Part shown: positions 49,205 through 56,564 of the stretch, one piece after another
How the letters are laid out: every line of letters starts with the position of its first letter
Numbering within the stretch: the stretch's first letter is position 1
Origin: Bacillota bacterium
Lineage (GTDB): Bacteria > Bacillota > Sulfobacillia > JACIYH01
NCBI GenBank assembly: GCA_040757085.1
Contig: JBFLXJ010000009.1
Location: 7,466 to 71,465, forward strand
DNA: 64,000 nucleotides
Direction of reading: 5' to 3'
Notes under the pieces: model-generated
What the model saw: the letters and a program-made list of their open reading frames with translations, nothing else
Told to the model about the DNA's origin: nothing
Database searches by the model: none
Program-made: the position numbers and the translations under genes

Positions 49205-49393
49205 ATGTGCCAGTCGCGGGTGGTTACCTTTCGAGAGGGGCAGGAATACGTGGTCATGGACGACGTGGTGACGGTCCGCCCCGAGGACGGTCACCTTTTT
49301 TTGGAGGACCTGTACGGTCAGCAGAAGAGAATCCGTGCCCGCATCCGAGAATTACAGTTGATGGACCATCGCATCATCGTGGAGGAAGAATAA
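49205..49393 (+). CDS. CooT-family small protein (putative Ni-binding, Cys2)
   Basis: The ATG follows GGAAGGAGGA. 62 aa beginning MCQSRVV..., with the pattern MC....V......E..VM.DV..V.PE.G...L.D..G....I.ARI....L..H.I as in the CooT / predicted RNA-binding PF10133 family. Confidence 0.7.
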   Translation: MCQSRVVTFREGQEYVVMDDVVTVRPEDGHLFLEDLYGQQKRIRARIRELQLMDHRIIVEEE

Positions 49394-49428
49394 CTTCCGG
49401 GCGCCGGCTATTTGCCATCGGGGATACG

Positions 49429-50220
49429 ATGCCACGGGGGGCGATGCCGGTGCATGTGCGCGATCTATTTGACCTGAGCGGTCGGGTGGCCCTGGTGACG
49501 GGCGGATCCATGGGCCTGGGGAAGCAGATGGCGCGTGGCCTGGCCGAGGCGGGGGCAGACCTGGTCCTCTGCAGCCGTAAGGACGAGAGGTTGCGGGAAG
49601 CCGCCCGGGAACTGGGGGAGCTGGGGGTGCGGGTCCTGCCCCTCCCCGGCGACGTGGGCGATCCCGAGGCAGTGCAGCGGGTGGTGGAGGGGGCACTGGC
49701 GGCATTCGGCCATCTGGATATCCTGGTCAATGCGGCGGGTCTGGCCTGGGCAGGGCCACCGGAACGCCTTCCCCTTCCGGACTGGGAGAAGGTCCAGCGC
49801 ACCAACGTCACCGGGACCTTCCTGATGTGCCAGGCGGTGGGCCGGCACATGATCGAGCGCCGGCGGGGAAGCATCATCAATGTGGCTTCCGTGGCCGGCT
49901 TGCTGGGTACCGCGGTCCTGGATGCTATCGCATACAACACCAGCAAGGGAGCGGTGATCGCCTTCACGCGGGACCTGGCGGTGAAGTGGGCCGGCTACGG
50001 CGTGCGGGTGAACGCTATCGCCCCCGGCTTCTTTCCCACCCACATGACCGACTGGGTGATACGCAACCGCGGACGGGAGATCACAGCGGCCACCCCTCTG
50101 GGGCGCCTGGGTGGGGACGATGACCTCAAGGGGGCGGTGGTGTACCTGGCCTCAGAGGCTTCGGCTTACGTCACCGGCCATGTCCTTGTGGTCGATGGAG
50201 GGCTGGTTGCCGGCCGCTAG
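49429..50220 (+). CDS. short-chain dehydrogenase/reductase
   Basis: [10 protein letters not shown] (TGxxxGxG), NAAG and the YNTSKGAV (YxxxK) catalytic motif. A second ATG at 49444 is an alternative start. Confidence 0.85.
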   Translation: MPRGAMPVHVRDLFDLSGRVALVTGGSMGLGKQMARGLAEAGADLVLCSRKDERLREAARELGELGVRVLPLPGDVGDPEAVQRVVEGALAAFGHLDILVNAAGLAWAGPPERLPLPDWEKVQRTNVTGTFLMCQAVGRHMIERRRGSIINVASVAGLLGTAVLDAIAYNTSKGAVIAFTRDLAVKWAGYGVRVNAIAPGFFPTHMTDWVIRNRGREITAATPLGRLGGDDDLKGAVVYLASEASAYVTGHVLVVDGGLVAGR

Positions 50221-50853
50221 CCGGGCCACCTGCGCCTCGAGGTGTTCCAGCCGGTGCAGGACGGACGCCAGCGCTTCTGCCACCGGGTCGGGCAGGTCGC
50301 CGTGCTCGAGGTCAGGCGTGCGCACGGGTTCTCCCTGCCGCCTGACCACCCTGCCCGGGACTCCCACCACCGTGCAGCCCGGGGGCACCGGTCTTATGAC
50401 CACGGCCCCGGCTCCGATCTTGCTCCCCTGTCCCACCGTGATGTTACCGAGCACTTTGGCCCCGGCCGAAATCATGACGCCATCCTCCACCGTCGGGTGC
50501 CGTTTTCCCTTTTCCTTACCGGTACCTCCCAGGGTCACACCCTGGTACATAGTGACGTCGTCACCCACGACGGCGGTTTCCCCGATAACGGTGCCCATGC
50601 CGTGGTCGATGAAAACCCGCCTCCCCAGACGGGCACCGGGGTGGATTTCGATCCCGGTGAGGAAACGGGCCAGGTGGGAGATTAGCCGGGCCACCACGTA
50701 CATCCGGCGGCAGTAGAACCAGTGGGCAATGCGATGGGCCCAGACGGCATGCAGGCCGGGGTAACACAGCAGTACTTCCAGGAGGTTCTTGGCCGCCGGA
50801 TCGCGGTCGAAAACGGTCCTCACGTCTTCACGCAGGGTCTGCAGCAGACTCAT
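50152..50853 (-). CDS. cysE: serine O-acetyltransferase
   Basis: ATG 50853 is 8 nt after [21 protein letters not shown] and left-handed beta-helix hexapeptide repeats. The upstream 119 codons of the track ORF cover the T-box leader and are not coding. Confidence 0.9.
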   Translation of the reverse strand: MSLLQTLREDVRTVFDRDPAAKNLLEVLLCYPGLHAVWAHRIAHWFYCRRMYVVARLISHLARFLTGIEIHPGARLGRRVFIDHGMGTVIGETAVVGDDVTMYQGVTLGGTGKEKGKRHPTVEDGVMISAGAKVLGNITVGQGSKIGAGAVVIRPVPPGCTVVGVPGRVVRRQGEPVRTPDLEHGDLPDPVAEALASVLHRLEHLEAQVARLAAGNQPSIDHKDMAGDVSRSL

Positions 50854-50933
50854 TTCCCGCGCCTCCCGGTACGCAGACCGGCATTGATCTGGCACGCAGA
50901 TTCCTGCCTGGTCTGGTACGCAGACTCGAGCCC

Positions 50934-51220
50934 GAAATGAAGACCCTTCCGCCCAGGGGCGGAAGGGTCTTCCGTGGTCCCACCCTGATTGGATCGTGGT
51001 CGACGATCCCACTCGAGGTCCGGCCCCGCGTGATCTCCGCCGAGACCAGGGACGGCGCCGGACCCATCCCTCTAACGGGGGTGACCGGCAACGCCTACTC
51101 TGTCGTTCGGCGCTGCAGCTCCCGGGCGCACTTCTCCCGTCCCGTCCCGGGCCGCTTCCACCTCGCCGGCCCTCTCTGGGGGCAGGGAACGGGATACTCC
51201 TCCCGTTCATCGCCTTTTCT
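50934..51220 (-). promoter_or_regulatory. T-box leader (Cys specifier UGC) with terminator
   Basis: Features on the minus strand are: GCGATGA..GGAGTA start of stem I, AGAGA box (CCAGAGAGG), GGTGGAAG distal loop, specifier-loop GAAG-TGC-G (TGC at 51130..51128), T-box AATCAGGGTGGGACCACGG (50990..50972), then a perfect 15-bp terminator GAAGACCCTTCCGCC-cctg-GGCGGAAGGGTCTTC + ATTT (50972..50935). Confidence 0.8.
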
Positions 51221-51223
51221 GCT

Positions 51224-51253
51224 ATTCTAATCGGACTCTGCCTGATGTGTCAA
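51224..51253 (-). promoter_or_regulatory. sigma-A-like promoter of the cysE T-box leader
   Basis: Minus strand TTGACA (overlapping the MFS stop codon), 18-nt spacer, TAGAAT. Confidence 0.6.
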
Positions 51254-52488
51254 CGCTGGCCGGGGGGTGGGTCGTAATGGGCGAAGCGGCGGTAGTAAAG
51301 CCGGGAAGCGGCCAGGTAGAGGGCGGCCGTGAACAGGTAAGGTACGTCGTATCCCCACCGGGCCATCATCCATCCCGCGCAGGCACTGCTGGCGGCGCGG
51401 GCCAGGCTGTCGGCAACGCGCATCAGGCTGGAGGTGGTGCCACGGAGGTCAGGTTCCATGATCTCCATGGAGAAACTGGTCGCCACCGGGCTCGACATGT
51501 TCATCAGCGCGTTGCGGAAGAACATGGCGGCTCCCACCAGCCACAGCCACGGCGGGAGCGCGATCATGAGCAAGAAGGGGATGGACGCTACCTGGGTGAG
51601 CACCACCGTCCTCACCCGGCCCAGGCGGGGCACCAGGGCGGGGGCGAGTAGCCCCGCCACTGCGGTGGCGCCGTTGCTCAGCGAGAGGATGAGGCCCACC
51701 ACGGTGGGGGAAGCACCCAGCTTTTCGGACAGGAACACGTTGAAAAACGGTATCACCAGACCGGCGCCGAAGCCGACGAGCATCCAATAGGCGACGAGAC
51801 CACGCACTTCGGTGCGCGCGGCCATCGCCAGCAGATCCCCCAGCGCGGCCCCCGGTGCCCGCGGGCGGGGGCGCGTTTCCCGGATCATCAGGGCCGGTAT
51901 GACACTGGCCAGGGTCAGAAGCGAGAAACCCAGCAGAGACAGCCGGAATGCGGATGCCCCTGCCACATCGGGTACTGCCGGAAGGCTGCGGCAGGCTGCC
52001 CGCAGCCACGGTCCCGGGTGGGCCCGCACCAGGTCGGGGAGGGCACCCCCCGCCAGGTTCCCTACCATCATGCCTGCGGTCGTGAGGGCGAACTGGATTC
52101 CGAAGAACATCTGTCGGTTGCCCGCCCCGGTATTGTCCGCCAGCAGGGGGGCGCCCACCACCCACTGAGCGGTGCCTGCCAGGCCGACCAGGCAGGAAAA
52201 CAGGAACATGGCCGAAGGCTGCGGGAAGAGGGCCTGGCCCAGCCATCCTGCCGCCACCAGCAAGGTGGACACCAGGATCACCGGTTTTCTCCCGTAGCGG
52301 TCGGAAATCATCCCGGCAGGTAAGGCGCCGACGGCACCGGCGATCATGCGTCCCGAGAGGATCAGCCCGAGGAGTTCTTCGCCGTAGCCCAGGCACATGA
52401 TATAGAGGCCCTGCGTGGTCATGAAGGCACCCATGGCCACGCTGGCCATGCCGCAGGAGACGAGGAACAGGATGGCGTTGCGTTTCAC
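51250..52488 (-). CDS. MFS transporter
   Basis: 412 aa with ~12 hydrophobic segments and the MFS loop motif GMISDRYGRKP. Confidence 0.85.
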   Translation of the reverse strand: MKRNAILFLVSCGMASVAMGAFMTTQGLYIMCLGYGEELLGLILSGRMIAGAVGALPAGMISDRYGRKPVILVSTLLVAAGWLGQALFPQPSAMFLFSCLVGLAGTAQWVVGAPLLADNTGAGNRQMFFGIQFALTTAGMMVGNLAGGALPDLVRAHPGPWLRAACRSLPAVPDVAGASAFRLSLLGFSLLTLASVIPALMIRETRPRPRAPGAALGDLLAMAARTEVRGLVAYWMLVGFGAGLVIPFFNVFLSEKLGASPTVVGLILSLSNGATAVAGLLAPALVPRLGRVRTVVLTQVASIPFLLMIALPPWLWLVGAAMFFRNALMNMSSPVATSFSMEIMEPDLRGTTSSLMRVADSLARAASSACAGWMMARWGYDVPYLFTAALYLAASRLYYRRFAHYDPPPGQR

Positions 52489-52570
52489 GGGGGCCGGATT
52501 CTACGGCAGGCTAAAGGTTTCCTGCTCTGCCCGTGGCCCCGCAGGGGAATGCGGGCCCTCCCTATCCTCC

Positions 52571-54550
52571 TTACGGCACCGCCCGGAACGCCTTCCCTGG
52601 CCGGCCCTGGCAGTACGGCCGCTCAAGGCCGTCAGATGCAGGCGGGCTGCGCAGGAGGCGCATGCTATTGAGGGTCACCAGTACCGCCGTCCCGCTGTCG
52701 CTCAGGACCGCCATCCACAGGTCGAGCCTGCCTAGGGCCAGCAGGACCAGGGCTAGCAGCTTCACCAGCACCGCCAGCATGACGTTCTCCCTGATAACCC
52801 GCAGGGTCTTCTGGCCCAGGGAGACGGCGTCGGGCAGACTGTTCAGGTCGTCGCCCATCAGGGCCACGTCGGCCGTCTCCAGGGCAGCCTCCGTGGCCGC
52901 TGCTCCCATGGCCACGCCCAGGGAAGCGGCCGCCAGGGCGGCAGTGTCGTTCACCCCGTCGCCCACCATCCCCACCTCGCCGTGGCGGGAACGCAATTCC
53001 CGCACGGCCTGCACCTTCTGTTCGGGCAGCAACTCGTGGTGCACGGAATCGAGGGTCAGGTCCTGGGCGACTGCCCGCGCGGGTGCCAGGTGGTCCCCCG
53101 TGAGCATGGCCAGATGCCGGATACCCATCCTCTTCAGGCGGACCATCGCCTCCCGGGCGCCGGGACGAATGGTATCGGTCACCGCCAGCGCCCCCACCAC
53201 TTTGCCGTCGCAACCCACCAGCACCACCGTGTAGCCCTTTGCCTGCTGAGCGGCTGCTTCCCGCGCCAGTTCTTCCGGCACCTTCCAGCCCGCGAACAGG
53301 CGCACGTTACCAACCAGGCACTCCTCCCCGCCCAGGTGCGCTCGCGCTCCCAGACCGGGGAAGGCCCGGAAACCCTCCACCGGCGAAGGACTTATTCCCA
53401 TCTCACGGGCTTCCCTCACCAGCGCCCGGGCAATGGGATGCTCGGAAAGGGACTCCACCGCCGCCGCCAGCGCCAGTACCTCCTCTTCCCGGCGATCCGG
53501 CCCGGGTATCACCCGAACCAGGCGTGGCGACCCCAGGGTCAGCGTACCGGTCTTGTCGAAGGCCAGCACTCGCAATCGCCCCAGGGTTTCCAGGTAGGCG
53601 CCGCCTTTGATCAGGATTCCCCGGCGGGCAGCGGCGGAGATGGCAGCCACGATAGCGGTGGGCGTGGAGATGACCAGGGCGCAGGGGCAGGACACCAGTA
53701 AGAGGGCCAGGGCGCGGTATATCCAGGTGTGCCAGGGAGCACCGGTGAGGAGCGGTACCAGGGCCGTGGCGGCTGCGGCCGCTGTCACCGCGGGAGTGTA
53801 GTAACGGGCGAACCTGTCCACCAGGCGCTGGGAAGGAGCGCGCGCCGCCTGCGCCTCCTCAACCAGCCGGATCACGCGGGCCAGGGTGCTGTCCCGAGCG
53901 GGACGGCTGACCCGGACTTCCAGGGATCCCTCCCGGTTGATGCTGCCCGCGTACACGCTGTCACCCGGCCCCTTGGGAACGGGGAAGGGTTCCCCCGTGA
54001 TGGCTGCTTCGTCCAGGGCAGAGCTCCCCGCCACCACCTGGCCGTCGGCAGGAGCCCGGTCACCGGGCCGGAGCAGGAACACATCACCCGGCACCAGATC
54101 CTCCGCCGGTACCTCCACTTCGGCACCTCCCCGCCGTACCCGGGCAAGACGGGGGGCGGAATCCAGGAGTGTTTCCAGGGAACGGCGGTTGCGCTCGGAT
54201 ACCAGTTCTTCCAGGCCCTCCCCCAAGGCAAAGAGCAGCATCACCAGGGCCGCTTCTGCCCACTCGCCGATGAAGGGGGCTGCCGCCGCCGCTATGGTCA
54301 CCAGGGACTCGATGTCGAAGCAGCCCCGTATGATCCCCCGGATGCCGCGTTTGAGGATCGGCCATCCGGAGAGGACGAGGGACAACGCCAGGGTTGCCCG
54401 GCCCGCCAAAGCGTGGCCGCGCACCTCGAGCAACCAGCCCACAACGAGCAACCCGGCGGCCAGACCCGCCCGGCACAGCATTAAGGGCCGCTCCCCTTTT
54501 TGACAGCCCGGGGTGCATCCGGGGCGATGGTCACCATGGCAGTGGGCCAC
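52571..54550 (-). CDS. heavy-metal (Cd/Zn/Co-type) translocating P1B-type ATPase
   Basis: CPC in TM6 (SCPCALVISTP), DKTGTLT, SEHP and GDGVNDTAALA. There is no HMA domain, but the N-terminus is His/Cys-rich (MAHCHGDHRPGCTPGC). Confidence 0.9.
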   Translation of the reverse strand: MAHCHGDHRPGCTPGCQKGERPLMLCRAGLAAGLLVVGWLLEVRGHALAGRATLALSLVLSGWPILKRGIRGIIRGCFDIESLVTIAAAAAPFIGEWAEAALVMLLFALGEGLEELVSERNRRSLETLLDSAPRLARVRRGGAEVEVPAEDLVPGDVFLLRPGDRAPADGQVVAGSSALDEAAITGEPFPVPKGPGDSVYAGSINREGSLEVRVSRPARDSTLARVIRLVEEAQAARAPSQRLVDRFARYYTPAVTAAAAATALVPLLTGAPWHTWIYRALALLLVSCPCALVISTPTAIVAAISAAARRGILIKGGAYLETLGRLRVLAFDKTGTLTLGSPRLVRVIPGPDRREEEVLALAAAVESLSEHPIARALVREAREMGISPSPVEGFRAFPGLGARAHLGGEECLVGNVRLFAGWKVPEELAREAAAQQAKGYTVVLVGCDGKVVGALAVTDTIRPGAREAMVRLKRMGIRHLAMLTGDHLAPARAVAQDLTLDSVHHELLPEQKVQAVRELRSRHGEVGMVGDGVNDTAALAAASLGVAMGAAATEAALETADVALMGDDLNSLPDAVSLGQKTLRVIRENVMLAVLVKLLALVLLALGRLDLWMAVLSDSGTAVLVTLNSMRLLRSPPASDGLERPYCQGRPGKAFRAVP

Positions 54551-54565
54551 CTTGCCTGCCCCCGG

Positions 54566-54940
54566 TCAATCGTGTTCCACGTGGGCCATGCCCTGACTCA
54601 CTATGGCCGTCACGTGTTCGTCATCCAGGGAATAAAAAACCCTCCTTCCCTGGCGGCGGTACTTGACCAGCCGCAACGCCCGCAACAGGCGGAGGTGATA
54701 GGAAACCGCCTGCAGGCTGAGTCCCACCAGGGCCGCCAGGTCGCAAACGCACATTTCTTCCTGGGAGAGGGCGTAGACGATCTTGACCCGGGTGGGGTCG
54801 CCCAGGGCGGAAAAGACTTCCGCCAGTTCTTCCATGCGGTGCAACCGCTTGCGCAGCCGGCGCACCCTGGCCGGGTCGTAGGCGAAAACGTCGCAAGTGT
54901 CCCGTTCTGCCTCGTGCTGAACTCTCTTTTTGACCGGCAT
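54566..54940 (-). CDS. ArsR/SmtB-family metal-sensing repressor (CadC-like)
   Basis: ATG 54940 is 6 nt after GAGGTG. LGDPTRVKIVYAL...EMCVCDLA....LSQ.AVSHHL-type wHTH with a CVC metal site. It lies 15 nt upstream of the ATPase gene. Confidence 0.88.
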   Translation of the reverse strand: MPVKKRVQHEAERDTCDVFAYDPARVRRLRKRLHRMEELAEVFSALGDPTRVKIVYALSQEEMCVCDLAALVGLSLQAVSYHLRLLRALRLVKYRRQGRRVFYSLDDEHVTAIVSQGMAHVEHD

Positions 54941-55032
54941 CTCTGCACCTCGCCGACGTGCTGCACGCTCATGCCTCCCGCAGTGGCGGGGAGGACTCCA
55001 CACTTCCATAACTATTTTAGCATCTCGCAGGC

Positions 55033-55062
55033 ATTATAGGCTCCCGCAAGGGTAACGGTCAA
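55033..55062 (-). promoter_or_regulatory. sigma-A-like promoter of the arsR-ATPase operon
   Basis: Minus strand TTGACC, 18-nt spacer, TATAAT. Confidence 0.5.
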
Positions 55063-55085
55063 GAGGAGGGGAGGAGGCAGGTATG

Positions 55086-55114
55086 TTGACTGGGGCGTTC
55101 TAGTGTGATAGGTT
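55086..55114 (+). promoter_or_regulatory. candidate promoter of rplJL
   Basis: TTGACT, 17-nt spacer, TGaTAGGTT (extended -10-like). Divergent from the arsR promoter. Confidence 0.35.
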
Positions 55115-55119
55115 ATGGC

Positions 55120-55341
55120 GTGTCAGCTTAAGACAGCAGGTGGCCGGTTTGCCCGGCCCTAAGGGCCCTTTGGGACGCCTGCCGAGGCTGAGGGTTGGAT
55201 GAAAGATGTTGCCGGTATCATGCCGGCATGTGGTCTTTCGTGGGCCCTCGCCCGGTGGCGGGGGTCCACCGGTTTTATCCGGAGATGGGGTATTGCGGGC
55301 CGGCATGGCCGCAGTAGCGGTGGCTGGAAGGGGGGAGACGA
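55120..55341 (+). promoter_or_regulatory. ribosomal protein L10 leader (autoregulatory attenuator)
   Basis: ~220-nt structured leader in the conserved position before rplJ, opening with TTAAGACAGCAGGTGGCC as I recall for Firmicute L10 leaders. It contains a terminator-like hairpin CCGGTGG-cgggggt-CCACCGG-TTTTAT (55252..55278). Confidence 0.55.
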
Positions 55342-55869
55342 TTGCCGAAGCCGGAGAAAGTGGAGACCGTCGCGCATCTCAAGGAGAAACTGGCCCGGTC
55401 CCGGGGAGCGGTACTGGCCGATTACCGGGGACTCGACGTGGCCGGCATGGCCGAACTCCGCAGGCGGTTCCGGGCGGCCGGGGTGGAGTACCGGGTGGTG
55501 CGCAACAATCTCCTCCGCCTGGCCGCCCACCAGGTGGGTGTGCCCGACCTGGACCCTTACCTGGAGGGACCGACGGCGGTGGCCTTCGCTTATGAGGACC
55601 CGGTGGTGGCAGCCCGGGTGCTGCAGGGGTTCATCCGCGAGTTCAGGCTACCGGTGGTCAAGGGTGCGTGGGTGGAAGGACAGGTCATAGACGCCGAAGG
55701 CGTGGCCAGGCTGGCCGAGTTGCCCGCCCGCGAGGTCTTGCTGGCCCGGGTGCTGGGTGGTGTGCAGGCGCCTCTGGCAGGGATGGCGGGGTGCCTGGCC
55801 GGGCTCTTGCGCGGGGTGGTTACCGTACTGGATGCCGTGCGGCGCCAAAAGGAGGAAGCCGCAGCGTAA
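55342..55869 (+). CDS. rplJ: 50S ribosomal protein L10
   Basis: TTG start after GGAAGGGGGGAG. KVETVAHLKEKL..S....LADYRGL.VA.M..LRR is typical of L10. Confidence 0.93.
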   Translation: MPKPEKVETVAHLKEKLARSRGAVLADYRGLDVAGMAELRRRFRAAGVEYRVVRNNLLRLAAHQVGVPDLDPYLEGPTAVAFAYEDPVVAARVLQGFIREFRLPVVKGAWVEGQVIDAEGVARLAELPAREVLLARVLGGVQAPLAGMAGCLAGLLRGVVTVLDAVRRQKEEAAA

Positions 55870-55895
55870 CGTACTTCCTTTGAGGAGGGAATGCC

Positions 55896-56288
55896 ATGTC
55901 CAAGGTTGAGCAGGTGCTGGAGATCGTCAAGGGGATGACCGTTCTGGAGCTGGCCGAACTGGTGAAGGCCTTCGAGAAGGAATTCGGGGTAAGTGCAGCT
56001 GCGCCGGTTGCGGTGGCTGCGCCTGTCGCGGGGCCGGTAGCGGCACCGGCGGCCGCGGCCCCTGAGGAGGAAGAGAAGACCGAGTTCGACGTCATCCTGA
56101 AGTCGTATGGCGAGAACAAGCTCCAGGTCATCAAGGTGGTGCGCGAACTCACCGGTCTGGGGCTCAAGGAGGCCAAGGACCTGGTGGACGCTGTCCCCAA
56201 GCCCATCAAGGAGAAAGTGAGCAAGGAAGAAGCCGAAGCCGTCAAGAAGAAGCTTACCGACGTGGGAGCCGAAGTCGAGATCAAGTGA
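55896..56288 (+). CDS. rplL: 50S ribosomal protein L7/L12
   Basis: [24 protein letters not shown], an Ala/Pro hinge, and a C-terminal ..[24 protein letters not shown]...GA.VE.K. Confidence 0.95.
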   Translation: MSKVEQVLEIVKGMTVLELAELVKAFEKEFGVSAAAPVAVAAPVAGPVAAPAAAAPEEEEKTEFDVILKSYGENKLQVIKVVRELTGLGLKEAKDLVDAVPKPIKEKVSKEEAEAVKKKLTDVGAEVEIK

Positions 56289-56342
56289 GGTGGTGGGTCC
56301 GGGACCGGTGCGGGGGAGGCCGAACCGGCCCCGGACCGCCTA

Positions 56343-56371
56343 TTGACGGGGTGCTCGGGCTGTGGTACACT
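56343..56371 (+). promoter_or_regulatory. candidate sigma-A-like promoter in the rplL-rpoB spacer
   Basis: TTGACG, 17-nt spacer, TACACT. Confidence 0.45.
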
Positions 56372-56480
56372 GGCAGGGTGCCACCGCTGCGTTTCCACGG
56401 GCGGCCAGGAATAATCCTTACGGTTTGGAGCTAAAATAAGTTGGCAATGGTTATCGCTTGTGAGCACAGCTAGTGTTCGC

Positions 56481-56521
56481 CCAAAGGCGAAGCCCCGGTG
56501 GGCTTTGCTTTTGGCGTTTTT
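56481..56521 (+). terminator. terminator-like hairpin (attenuator candidate) in the rpoB leader
   Basis: A 15-bp stem CCAAAGGCGAAGCCC-cggt-GGGCTTTGCTTTTGG (two G-U pairs) followed by CG + TTTTT, ending 44 nt before the rpoB ATG. Confidence 0.5.
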
Positions 56522-56564
56522 CGTCGGGATCGAGCGGAAAAACCGGATGGGAGCGTGAAAGTGC

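Noticed and set aside
50890-50907. Sigma-54-like -24/-12 element TGGCACGCAGATTCCTGC on the plus strand
   Set aside because: The -12 region reads TTCC rather than TTGC. It is one copy of the triple repeat in the cysE leader. It points into antisense T-box/MFS sequence with no plus-strand gene for more than 4 kb.
55199-55690. 163-aa ORF overlapping the L10 leader and rplJ
   Set aside because: It is out of frame with rplJ, covers a structured leader, and has a W/R/G-rich product.
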